64,000 nucleotides of DNA from an uncultured Myxococcaceae bacterium (lineage in GTDB: Bacteria; Myxococcota_A; Polyangia; Polyangiales; Ga0077539): positions 13,968 to 77,967 of the forward strand of contig CAMFHP010000026.1 in NCBI GenBank assembly GCA_945952225.1, in the 5' to 3' direction. The position numbers and the translations under genes are program-made. Of this stretch, positions 18,375-26,833 are shown in pieces (the stretch's first letter is position 1; every line of letters starts with the position of its first letter). The notes beneath the pieces were generated by a model. It saw only the letters and a program-made list of their open reading frames with translations. It searched no databases and was not told the DNA's origin.

Positions 18375-19337
18375 ATGGACGCTCCTCCCTGCATCACCAT
18401 CGTCACGGGCCCGCTCGGCGCGGGCAAGACCACGCTGCTCAACCGCTGGCTCGGCACCTTCGAGCGCGGCGACGCGGCGGTGATCGTCAACGAGTTCGGC
18501 GACGTGGGCGTCGACGGCGAGCTGCTCGCGGGGCGCGTGAACGAGCTCGTCGAGCTCACGGGCGGATGCCTCTGCTGCACCACGCAGGCAGACCTCGTGC
18601 GCGCGCTGCTCGACCTCTCCGCGCGTGTTCCGCCGCCGAAGCGCGTGTTCGTCGAGACCTCGGGCGCGGCCTCGCCCGCGGGCGTCGTGCGCTCGATCAC
18701 CCGCGGTCCCGTCTCGCGTCGCATGCGCCTCGACGGCGTGGTCACCGTGCTCGACGCGACGCGCCTCGAACGCCTGCGCGAGAGCCTCCTCGTGACCGAG
18801 CAGACCGCCTATGCCGACGTGATCGTGCTGTCGCGCGCCGAGGCCCTCCCCGACGAGAACGCGCGCGCCGAGGCCCTCGCCACCGTGGCCCGCACGAACC
18901 CCGCGGCCACCCTCGCGTGGGCGACGCGGGGTGTGCTCACCGATCCCGCCGAAGGAGACCTCGACGCGCTCCTCGCGAAGCGCACCGACGATTTCGCGGC
19001 GCCGTGGGTGATCGTGCGAAGCGATGCGCCCTCGCACGAGCAGGGCATCGAGTCGGTGTCGGTGTCGCTCGACGGCCCCGTCGACGGCGACCGCTTCAGC
19101 ACCTGGGTCGAGTCGCTCGCGGTGCTCTACGGCGGACGCCTCCTGCGCATGAAGGGCATCGTCGCGGTGGCGGGCGTGCCCGTGCGCGTGGTGCTCCAGG
19201 GCGTGGGCGATCAGGTCGAGGTGAGCATGGCCTCTCCGTGGGGAGAGGACGCGCCGCGCAGCCGCATGGTGTTCATCGGATACGGCCTCGACCGCGCCTC
19301 GCTGGAGGCGGGCTTCGCGGCCTGCGCGGCGTCGTAG
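18375..19337 (+). CDS. COG0523-family (CobW/ZigA-like) G3E GTPase metallochaperone
   Basis: [23 protein letters not shown] contains the Walker A motif. GGCLCCT is the CxCC metal motif. A CobW_C-like C-terminus follows. Confidence 0.85.
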   Translation: MDAPPCITIVTGPLGAGKTTLLNRWLGTFERGDAAVIVNEFGDVGVDGELLAGRVNELVELTGGCLCCTTQADLVRALLDLSARVPPPKRVFVETSGAASPAGVVRSITRGPVSRRMRLDGVVTVLDATRLERLRESLLVTEQTAYADVIVLSRAEALPDENARAEALATVARTNPAATLAWATRGVLTDPAEGDLDALLAKRTDDFAAPWVIVRSDAPSHEQGIESVSVSLDGPVDGDRFSTWVESLAVLYGGRLLRMKGIVAVAGVPVRVVLQGVGDQVEVSMASPWGEDAPRSRMVFIGYGLDRASLEAGFAACAAS

Positions 19338-19511
19338 TCAGCCCTGCTTCTTGGGGTTGGGCATCTTCGCTTCGGTGAAGATCACGTGCTGCCGCACCAC
19401 GGGGTCGTACTTGCGAAACTGCAGCTTCTCCGTGGTCGTGCGCTTGTTCTTCGTCGTGTAGTACGTGAAGCCCGTACCCGCCGACGACACCAGTCGGATC
19501 ATGTCTCTCAT
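19338..19511 (-). CDS. rpmG: Ribosomal protein L33, Cys-less (C-minus) paralog
   Basis: The reverse translation is [57 protein letters not shown] (57 aa). It matches the L33 pattern and has no Cys at all. GGAGAGGAA is the SD sequence upstream. It is below the ORF-track size cutoff. Confidence 0.85.
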   Translation of the reverse strand: MRDMIRLVSSAGTGFTYYTTKNKRTTTEKLQFRKYDPVVRQHVIFTEAKMPNPKKQG

Positions 19512-19568
19512 CGTGTGCGTTCCTCTCCGGGCGACGTGGCGGAATGGGTGGCGCGCGTCGCCCTGCGA

Positions 19569-20258
19569 TCAGCCATCGAGCGCGTCGAGCGTGACCACCA
19601 CGCGCCGCGCTCCCTCTCCAGATGGAGAGCGATGCACGGCCGCGCGCTCCGCGTGATCGGGCCACGCGGCACCCTTCATCACCACCAGGTCTCCGACCGA
19701 CGCGCGGTGCACCACGGCCCCTGCGCGCATCAGCCCCGAGCGCGCATCGGAGAGTCCTCCCGCGCGGTGCCCGAGGCGCGTGCGGTCGACGTCACGGTGG
19801 TCGAGCCACTCGGTGCCTGGCCCGGGGAGCGTCACCACCGCGCGCAGCCCCACGTGGTCGACGTGAAAGCGCGGACACATCGCGGCCCCGGTCACCGCGA
19901 GCCGCACGCCCACGCGCGCGCACTCGGTGAGCGCAGCGAACACCTCGACCACCGGCGCGAGCGCATCGAGCACGGCCTCGTCGCGGGGCCGCGCATCGTG
20001 CGGAAGGAGCCCCGTGAGCACCTGCCGCGCGGGGTCGACCATCACGCGCGTGTCGCGGTCACGGGCGAGCCACGGAGCGCCCCCGTCGAGCCCACGCGCG
20101 ACGGCGCCGCGCAGCACCACCACGCTGATGCCGTCTTCGAAGATCGCCGACAGCGCGCCCACCTCGTCGACCACACACCACGAGGATTGCGGCCGCAGGA
20201 GGCGCAGGCCCTCCACGACCAGCTCAGGCTCGGGCGTCGGAATCTCCGCCGCGCTCAC
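19569..20258 (-). CDS. DUF1826 family protein
   Basis: 229 aa. The GTG start overlaps the stop of the upstream COG0523 gene (GTGA). The body ([25 protein letters not shown]) is consistent with DUF1826, a family commonly adjacent to COG0523 genes. Confidence 0.65.
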   Translation of the reverse strand: MSAAEIPTPEPELVVEGLRLLRPQSSWCVVDEVGALSAIFEDGISVVVLRGAVARGLDGGAPWLARDRDTRVMVDPARQVLTGLLPHDARPRDEAVLDALAPVVEVFAALTECARVGVRLAVTGAAMCPRFHVDHVGLRAVVTLPGPGTEWLDHRDVDRTRLGHRAGGLSDARSGLMRAGAVVHRASVGDLVVMKGAAWPDHAERAAVHRSPSGEGARRVVVTLDALDG

Positions 20259-21487
20259 GCGATCACCCGCGTCTCGCGGCCCTCGGACTCCTCGGGCTCC
20301 CACGACGGCACGGGGTCGCGCATCCGCGCCCACGCCTTCGGACCGCGGGCCATCTCGTCGTCGGTGAGCAGCGCCACGTCGAGCATCGCGGTGAGCGCCG
20401 CGCGGTCGATGCCTGCGCCGATGAGCACGATCTCCTGACGGCGGTCGCCCCAGGGCTCCTGCCAGTCGCGTTCGAGCTCGGCGCGGCCTTCGGGATCGTC
20501 GGGCCAGAGATCCTTCGGTTGTGAAGCAATCCACTCGCCCGCAGGCTCGATGCGACACGCGCCGCCGGCCTGCGACCAGAGGCCCACGTCGTCGTGGCGC
20601 GAGGCGAGCCAGAAGAAGCCCTTGGAGCGCACCACGCCGGGCCACGTGCGGCCCGAGAGATCCCAGAACCGCTCGGGGTGAAAGGGCCTGCGCGCGCGGT
20701 ACACGAAGCTCGAGAAGCCGTACTGGTCGGCCTCGGAGTGCTCGGCGCCGCGCATCACCTTGAGCCAGCCCGGCGCCTCCTGCGCGCGCTCGAAATCGAA
20801 GAGCCCCGTGTCGAACACCGCGTCGAGCGGGACCTCACCGAAGCGCGACCGCACGATCCGCGCGTCGGGGTTGAGCGAGCGCAGCGTGCCCTCGACGGTG
20901 GCCAGCGTGGCGTCGTCGACGAGGTCGCACTTGTTGAGCACGATGACGTTGGCGAACTCCACCTGATCGACGAGCAGGTCGACCACCGTGCGGTCGTCTT
21001 CTTCGCCGAGCCCGATGCCCCGCGCGTTGAGCGCGTCGGCGGTCGTGTACTCGCGGAGGAAGTTGTACGCGTCGACCACGGTGACCATCGTGTCGAGCCG
21101 CGCCACGTCGCCGAGCGAGCGTCCCTCGTCATCGCGGAACGTGAAGGTCTCGGCCACGGGGAGCGGCTCGGCGATGCCCGTGCTCTCGACGAGCAGGTGG
21201 TCGAAGCGCCCTTCGCGCGCGAGGCGCCCCACCTCGACGAGCAGGTCTTCGCGGAGCGTGCAGCAGATGCAGCCGTTGCTCATCTCCACGAGCTTCTCGT
21301 CGACCCGATCGAGCGACGCCTCGGAGCGCGCCACGAGCGCCGCGTCGACGTTCACCTCGCTCATGTCGTTGACGATCACCGCCACGCGCCGCCCCTCGCG
21401 GTTCTTCAGCACGTGGTTCAACAGCGTCGTCTTGCCCGCCCCCAGAAAGCCCGAGAGCACCGTCACCGGCAGCCTTCGATCACCCAC
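20255..21487 (-). CDS. COG0523-family G3E GTPase (ZigA/YeiR-like, long form)
   Basis: [20 protein letters not shown] contains the Walker A motif. [14 protein letters not shown] is the CxCC motif. It has a C-terminal CobW_C region. GTG start. Confidence 0.9.
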   Translation of the reverse strand: MGDRRLPVTVLSGFLGAGKTTLLNHVLKNREGRRVAVIVNDMSEVNVDAALVARSEASLDRVDEKLVEMSNGCICCTLREDLLVEVGRLAREGRFDHLLVESTGIAEPLPVAETFTFRDDEGRSLGDVARLDTMVTVVDAYNFLREYTTADALNARGIGLGEEDDRTVVDLLVDQVEFANVIVLNKCDLVDDATLATVEGTLRSLNPDARIVRSRFGEVPLDAVFDTGLFDFERAQEAPGWLKVMRGAEHSEADQYGFSSFVYRARRPFHPERFWDLSGRTWPGVVRSKGFFWLASRHDDVGLWSQAGGACRIEPAGEWIASQPKDLWPDDPEGRAELERDWQEPWGDRRQEIVLIGAGIDRAALTAMLDVALLTDDEMARGPKAWARMRDPVPSWEPEESEGRETRVIA

Positions 21488-21514
21488 AGGTTCACCTCTC
21501 GGCGACCTGCTACC

Positions 21515-21542
21515 AGCAATCGCAACTGTGATGCAATTGCAT
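21515..21542. promoter_or_regulatory. Candidate metalloregulator (Zur-like) operator: perfect palindrome ATGCAATTGCAT preceded by the related AGCAATCGCA
   Basis: The 12-bp perfect palindrome is at 21531-21542. A GCAATnGCA half-repeat is at 21515-21524. Both lie in the AT-rich 142-bp divergent region between the COG0523 operon and the OPT transporter gene. Confidence 0.4.
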
Positions 21543-21629
21543 TTGAGATACTCAAAAAACTATTGACGCCGCGCGCCGTGTTTTTGCGCTTGGAGGCGCA
21601 GGGCGGGCCGATACGATCCGCGCACCACG

Positions 21630-23522
21630 ATGAGCAACGACACCGCGACGAGCGCCCCCGAGTCAGCCCCCGGGGCCGTGAGCGACCCCGAGAAGCACTG
21701 GTACGAGCACGTGTATCAGGGCGACGACGTTCCGCAGTTCACGGTGCGCTCGTTCGTGATGGGCAGCCTGCTCGGCGGCTTCATGTCGCTCTCGAACCTC
21801 TACGTGGGGCTCAAGACGGGATGGGGCCTCGGCGTGGCGATCACCGCGTGCATCCTCTCGTACGCGCTGTACTCGGCGCTCTCGCGCATCGCGCCGGGCC
21901 TCTTCGGGCGCAACCTCACGATGCTCGAGAACAACGCGATGCAGTCGACGGCCTCGTCGGCGGGCTACTCGACGGGCGGCACGATGGTGAGCGCCATCGC
22001 CGCGATGCTGATGGTGCAGGGGCACCACATTCCCTTCGGCACGCTCATGGCGTGGACGTTCTTTCTCGCGGTGCTCGGCACCGTGATGGCGATCCCCATG
22101 AAGCGGCAGATGATCAACATCGAGCAGCTGAAGTTTCCGTCGGGCATCGCCGCGGCCGAGACGCTTCGCTCGCTCTACAGCGAGAGCGACGAGGGGCGAA
22201 AGAAGGGCCGCGCGCTGTTCATCACCATGGGGCTCGGCGGGCTCGTGACGTGGCTGCGCGACGCGCACGCGGCGGCGCAGACGGGCGTGCTCGCGGTGCT
22301 CACGCGCTTCTCGAAGATCCCTTCGAACATCCCGATCCCCGGGCTCACGATCGCGGGCCTGCCCGCCGCGCGGTGGACCATCAGCTTCGAGGGATCGCTC
22401 ATTCTCGTGGCCGCCGGCGCGCTCATGGGGCTGCGCACCACGATCTCGATGCTCGTCGCGTCGCTGCTCAACTACGCGGTCTTCGCACCGTGGATCCGCG
22501 AGCTCGGCGGCATCACCGGCGACGTGAAGTACCGCACCATCGTGCAGTGGAGCCTCTGGCCCGGCGCGGCCATCATGGTGAGCTCGGGTCTCACGTCGTT
22601 CGCGCTCCAGTGGCGCACGGTGGCGCGGGCGTTTTCGGGCCTCGGCGATGTGCTCCGCGGGAGCAAGCGCGCGGGAGAGCAGAGCGCGATGGAGCGCATC
22701 GAGGTGCCGCCGTCGTGGTTCGCGGGCGGCATGCTCTTCTCGACCGCGGGTGTGGTGATCACGGGCTGGGTGTCGTTCGGCATCAACCCGCTGCTCGGGG
22801 TGGTGGCCGTGGCGCTGTCGTTCGTGCTGGCCCTCGTGGCGTGCCGCGCGACGGGCGAGACCGACACCACGCCCGTGGGTGCGATGGGCAAGATCACGCA
22901 GCTCACGTACGGCGTGCTGGCGCCAGCGAGCATCACCACGAACCTCATGACCGCGAGCATCACCGCGAGCTCCGCGGGCAGCGCGGCGGACCTGCTCACG
23001 GACCTCAAGTCGGGCTACCTCCTCGGGGCCAATCCGCGGAAGCAGTTTCTCGCGCAGCTCTCGGGCACGGTGGTGGGCACGCTCGTGGTGGTGCCCGCGT
23101 TCTACAAGCTCGTGCCGACGCCCGCGGTGCTGGGCGGAGACACCTTTCCCGCGCCCTCGGCGCAGGTGTGGAAGAGCGTCGCCGAGCTCCTCGCGCACGG
23201 CGTCGAATCGCTGCACTACACGGCCCGCTGGGGCATCGTGGTGGGCCTCGCGATCGGCGTGGCGCTCCCGCTCCTCGAGCGCGCGCTGCCGAAGCACAAG
23301 CAGTATCTCCCGTCGGCGATGGGCCTCGGCCTCGCGCTGGTGATCCCCGCGTTCAACAGCATCTCGATGTTCCTCGGCGCGCTCATCGCGTGGGCCTACG
23401 CGAAGGTGAAGCCCGCCGAGGCCGAGACGTACACCGTGCCCGTGGCCTCGGGCCTCATCGCGGGCGAGAGCCTCCTCGGTGTCGCCGTCGCGCTCATGGC
23501 CGCCTCGGGTCTGCTCCAGTGA
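21630..23522 (+). CDS. OPT-superfamily (oligopeptide / metal-chelate) transporter
   Basis: 630 aa and polytopic. The N-terminus HWYEHVYQGDDVPQFTVRSFVMGSLLGGFMSLSNLYVGLKTGWGLG is typical of bacterial OPT-family proteins. Confidence 0.85.
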   Translation: MSNDTATSAPESAPGAVSDPEKHWYEHVYQGDDVPQFTVRSFVMGSLLGGFMSLSNLYVGLKTGWGLGVAITACILSYALYSALSRIAPGLFGRNLTMLENNAMQSTASSAGYSTGGTMVSAIAAMLMVQGHHIPFGTLMAWTFFLAVLGTVMAIPMKRQMINIEQLKFPSGIAAAETLRSLYSESDEGRKKGRALFITMGLGGLVTWLRDAHAAAQTGVLAVLTRFSKIPSNIPIPGLTIAGLPAARWTISFEGSLILVAAGALMGLRTTISMLVASLLNYAVFAPWIRELGGITGDVKYRTIVQWSLWPGAAIMVSSGLTSFALQWRTVARAFSGLGDVLRGSKRAGEQSAMERIEVPPSWFAGGMLFSTAGVVITGWVSFGINPLLGVVAVALSFVLALVACRATGETDTTPVGAMGKITQLTYGVLAPASITTNLMTASITASSAGSAADLLTDLKSGYLLGANPRKQFLAQLSGTVVGTLVVVPAFYKLVPTPAVLGGDTFPAPSAQVWKSVAELLAHGVESLHYTARWGIVVGLAIGVALPLLERALPKHKQYLPSAMGLGLALVIPAFNSISMFLGALIAWAYAKVKPAEAETYTVPVASGLIAGESLLGVAVALMAASGLLQ

Positions 23523-23603
23523 TCCCGTTGGGATGCGCAGGTCATTCACGGTAGTCTCCGCGCTCGACCGCCCGCACCTCCCCGAAGGAGCCCGACGCCC
23601 CCG

Positions 23604-24257
23604 ATGAAGCCCGCACGCACGCTCCGCCTCGCGCTCTGTCTGTGCCTCGCGCCCGCCGCGGTTCTCGCGCAGCCCGCACCTCCGCCGCCCGGCCCCCACG
23701 CGCCGCCCACCACGGAGACCACGACGATCCGACGCAACACCGACCACGTCTCTGCGGTGGGTGAGTTTCGCGACGATGCGCCCGCGCCGCGGCCTCGCCC
23801 CACCAACGGAGACGTGGGCTCGACGGGCGCCGTGGCCGAGCGCCGTCCCGACACCGAGCTCCGTGGCGCCAGCGGCCCTGCGCCCGGCGAGATCGACATG
23901 AGCCGCCCCATCGGGCCCGCCGACGTCGCACGCATCATGCGGGCGTATGAGCCGCGCTTTCGGCCCTGCTACGACCGCGCGCGCGCCACGGCGCCGACGC
24001 TCGCGGGACGCGTGAACCTCCGCTTCGTGGTGGGCCGCGACGGGTCGCTCTCGAACATCGACGTGTCGGGCCTCCCCACGGCGCCCGACGTCGCGACGTG
24101 CATCCGCAACGAGCTCCAGTCGTCGCACTTTCCCCGCCCCGAGTCGGGCACGCTGCCCTTTCAGTACGGAATGAACTTCGCCCCGCCGCCGCCCCCGCCT
24201 CGCGCCCCCCGCGGACGCCCCGCGCCCGCTCCCCGCCCCGCGCGCCCCGCGCACTGA
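23604..24257 (+). CDS. Secreted protein with an AgmX/PglI-type (TonB_C-like) C-terminal domain and Pro-rich ends
   Basis: It has a signal peptide (LALCLCLAPAAVLAQP). The domain reads VARIMRAYEPRFRPCYDRA...GRVNLRFVVGRDGSLSNIDVSG...ATCIRNELQSSHFP. Confidence 0.7.
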   Translation: MKPARTLRLALCLCLAPAAVLAQPAPPPPGPHAPPTTETTTIRRNTDHVSAVGEFRDDAPAPRPRPTNGDVGSTGAVAERRPDTELRGASGPAPGEIDMSRPIGPADVARIMRAYEPRFRPCYDRARATAPTLAGRVNLRFVVGRDGSLSNIDVSGLPTAPDVATCIRNELQSSHFPRPESGTLPFQYGMNFAPPPPPPRAPRGRPAPAPRPARPAH

Positions 24258-24386
24258 CACGGCCCTGCGCAGCCCCGGAGACCGTGCGTTCGCGATGCGC
24301 CGTCGCGTGCGCCCCGACGCGCCGTGCGTCTTGATGCCCGCACGTCTTTCCTGTAGCCCCGAGGACTCGCAAGGAGTCGAAGACCC

Positions 24387-25493
24387 GTGATCGAAACGCG
24401 CAAGACCTCGCTCGCCCTGATGATGATGCTCTCGATGGGATGCCCCATGGCCGCAGGCCCTCGCGGACCAGAACCGCTCACGGGCGCCTGCACGGGCGAC
24501 CTCGGCGCGTCGGCTGCGGCCCAGAAGGTCGAGGCGTTCATCGTCGCTTCGAACCAGTTCGTGACGGCGAGCGCGGAGCTCAGCACGTCGCTCCACGATG
24601 GCTGTCGGCAGATGGGCGATGCGCTGCAGATCCCGCGCGCCGAGCTCGCGGCGATGTCCGCGTCCCCCGATCGCACGCGGCTCGTGTGCGAGCGCGTCTC
24701 GCGACAGCTCCGCGACGACATCGCCGCCATTCGCGCCGCGGTGAACGTGCACGCCGAGTCGACGGTGGTGCCGCCGCGCTGCGAGGTGAGCATCGACGGC
24801 TACGCGCGCTGCGTGGGCGAATGCGACGCGCAGTACACGCCGGCCGTGGCGGAGATCCAGTGCGAGGGCGGAGAGATCCGCGGCGGGTGCAGCGCGTCGT
24901 GCACGGGCCGCTGCGCGGTCGAGGTGAACGGCACCTGCAACGGCACCTGCGAGGGCTCGTGCACGGCCTTCGACGCGCAGGGCAACTGCACCGGCGTATG
25001 CAATGGACGCTGCGTGACGCAGGCCTCGGGAACGTGCGGCGGCGAGTGTCGAGGCGGATGCTCCGTGGCCTTCACGGAGCCGCGCTGCACGGGCCGTGTG
25101 CGCCCTCCGCGGCTCGAAGCGGAGTGTCGCGCGGCGTGTGATGCGCGCCTCGACGCGCAGGCCCGTTGCACGCCCGGCGAGGTGTCGCTGCGCGTGACGG
25201 GCGACATCGCGCCGGACCTCGGCGCGCGCATCCAGCGGGTGCAGGCGGCGCTCGCGGGCGGATACCGCACGGTGTCGGGACTGCGCGCGCGGCTTGAGCG
25301 CGTGGCGACGTCGGGCGCGGAGCTTTCGCGCACGGCGAACGAGGTCCCGTCGGCGCTGGGCGCGGCGGGCGCGGGCGCGGTGGCGTGCGCGGTGGGCGCG
25401 GGTCAGATCGTGGCGGCGGCGATGTCGAACGTGCGCGTGTCGGTCGACGTGTCGATCACCGTGTCGGCGTCGGCGTCGTTCACGGCGCAGTAG
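24387..25493 (+). CDS. Cys-rich lipoprotein (about 25 Cys; run of G-x-C-x3-C units)
   Basis: AAGGAG lies 10 nt upstream of GTG 24387. LMMMLSMGCP is a lipobox. The core reads CSASCTGRCAVEVNGTCNGTCEGSCTAFDAQGNCTGVCNGRCVTQASGTCGGECRGGC. Confidence 0.7.
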   Translation: MIETRKTSLALMMMLSMGCPMAAGPRGPEPLTGACTGDLGASAAAQKVEAFIVASNQFVTASAELSTSLHDGCRQMGDALQIPRAELAAMSASPDRTRLVCERVSRQLRDDIAAIRAAVNVHAESTVVPPRCEVSIDGYARCVGECDAQYTPAVAEIQCEGGEIRGGCSASCTGRCAVEVNGTCNGTCEGSCTAFDAQGNCTGVCNGRCVTQASGTCGGECRGGCSVAFTEPRCTGRVRPPRLEAECRAACDARLDAQARCTPGEVSLRVTGDIAPDLGARIQRVQAALAGGYRTVSGLRARLERVATSGAELSRTANEVPSALGAAGAGAVACAVGAGQIVAAAMSNVRVSVDVSITVSASASFTAQ

Positions 25494-26256
25494 CGGCGCG
25501 GCGGGTGAAGAGGAAGCACCCGCATCCGTAGTCGAGCCCGCGCGCATCTTCGGGGCGCGCGGGGTCGTGGAATCGCCCCGCGTCGTCGACGTAGGCGAAG
25601 GTCTCCAGCGAGAGGCCGTGTCCCTCCATCACCCGCGCGATGCGCTCGGCGTCGCTCACGCGATGGGCGTTGAACGCGACGCGCTCGCGCCCCACCGGCA
25701 CCGAGAGATACAGCACACCCTTCGGCGCCACGACGCGCGCGAGTTCACGCATGGCGCGCTCCATCCCGTCGGGGTCGAGGGGATCGCCGTAGCGCCCGAG
25801 GCCCACGTGCTCGATCACGTGCATGCAGCTCAGCGAGTCGAGGCTCTGGTCTGCGAGCGGAAGGTCGGTGACCGTCGCCTCGCGGAGCGTGAGGTTGGGC
25901 AGGTCGATGTCGGGCTTGCGGAACTCGAACATCGTGACCGGCACGACGCCCGTGAGCTGCGCGATGAAGGGCACCGCAGACGACACGTCGACGTGCTCGC
26001 GGGGCTTGCGCGCAGCGATGAGGCGCGTGGCCCACGCGGCCTGGTAGGTGTAGTGCGAGTCGAAGGGGCTGTTGAGGGCGCGGTTGAAGAGGATCGGTTC
26101 GACCTCGATGCGCGCGCCCGACGCGGCGGCCTGGGCGCGAAAGGCGCGATAGTCCGCGACGTAGCGCGCGACCTCGCGCGGCGTCGAAGGCCATCGGAGC
26201 GGGTTGAAGAACTGTCCCGCGAGTCGATAGGCGTACCGGACGAACCTGCCTGCCAT
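25480..26256 (-). CDS. SAM-dependent methyltransferase, DUF268-like
   Basis: It starts MAGRFVRY. SLSCMHVIEHVGLGRYGDPLDPDGMERAMREL...LYLSVPVG...FNAHRV resembles the DUF268 / Methyltransf_11 core. Confidence 0.7.
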   Translation of the reverse strand: MAGRFVRYAYRLAGQFFNPLRWPSTPREVARYVADYRAFRAQAAASGARIEVEPILFNRALNSPFDSHYTYQAAWATRLIAARKPREHVDVSSAVPFIAQLTGVVPVTMFEFRKPDIDLPNLTLREATVTDLPLADQSLDSLSCMHVIEHVGLGRYGDPLDPDGMERAMRELARVVAPKGVLYLSVPVGRERVAFNAHRVSDAERIARVMEGHGLSLETFAYVDDAGRFHDPARPEDARGLDYGCGCFLFTRRAATAP

Positions 26257-26335
26257 GAACGTGATGCTCCCTTCGAAGGGCGCGGATGATGCCGAAAAGG
26301 CTGCGCCCGTTCCACTGCGTCGCGAGGGGTCTCCG

Positions 26336-26827
26336 ATGCGCGCGCGCGGCGAAGCGTTCGCCATCGGGTCGTTGATCCCACGCGCGGCGCTGCGCAGAAT
26401 CGCCGCCGTGCCCCCCTCGCCGACCGACCCGCTCGACGCCGCCTGGTCCTCGCTGCTCGCGGAGTGGGAGAGCGACGAGCGACACCGCGCCTTCGTTGCG
26501 CTCGCCTCGACCCTCGAACGCCTCCCTGACGCCGCGCGCCGCTACCGCGCGCTCACGAACGACGCCCACCGTGGTGCCCGCGCGCGACAGGGTCTCGACC
26601 GTGTGCTCGGCATGGCGATGCAGGCCCTCACACCGCCTCCCCGCGAGAGCCGCCCGAAGCGCAACCTGCTCCTGCCTGCGGGTGCGTTCCTCGCGCTGCT
26701 CATCGTCACCATCGCCGCGGCGCAGGCCACGGGCGTTCGTGCGTTGACCTCTCCGTGGATCATCTTCGCCGAGGCCGTGCTCGTAGCCATCGCCCCGTGG
26801 CACCGTCTCGGCGAACCGCGCGACTGA
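26336..26827 (+). CDS. Hypothetical protein with C-terminal TM segments
   Basis: It starts MRARGEAF at 26336 and has coding-like GC3. The hydrophobic segments are LLLPAGAFLALLIVTIAAA and IIFAEAVLVAIAPW. Confidence 0.5.
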   Translation: MRARGEAFAIGSLIPRAALRRIAAVPPSPTDPLDAAWSSLLAEWESDERHRAFVALASTLERLPDAARRYRALTNDAHRGARARQGLDRVLGMAMQALTPPPRESRPKRNLLLPAGAFLALLIVTIAAAQATGVRALTSPWIIFAEAVLVAIAPWHRLGEPRD

Positions 26828-26833
26828 CCGCCT

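Noticed and set aside
21663-25547. 1294-aa minus-strand ORF
   Set aside because: It is antisense to the OPT transporter, the AgmX-like gene and the Cys-rich lipoprotein gene. Its composition is dominated by R/A/G/H with no recognisable motifs.
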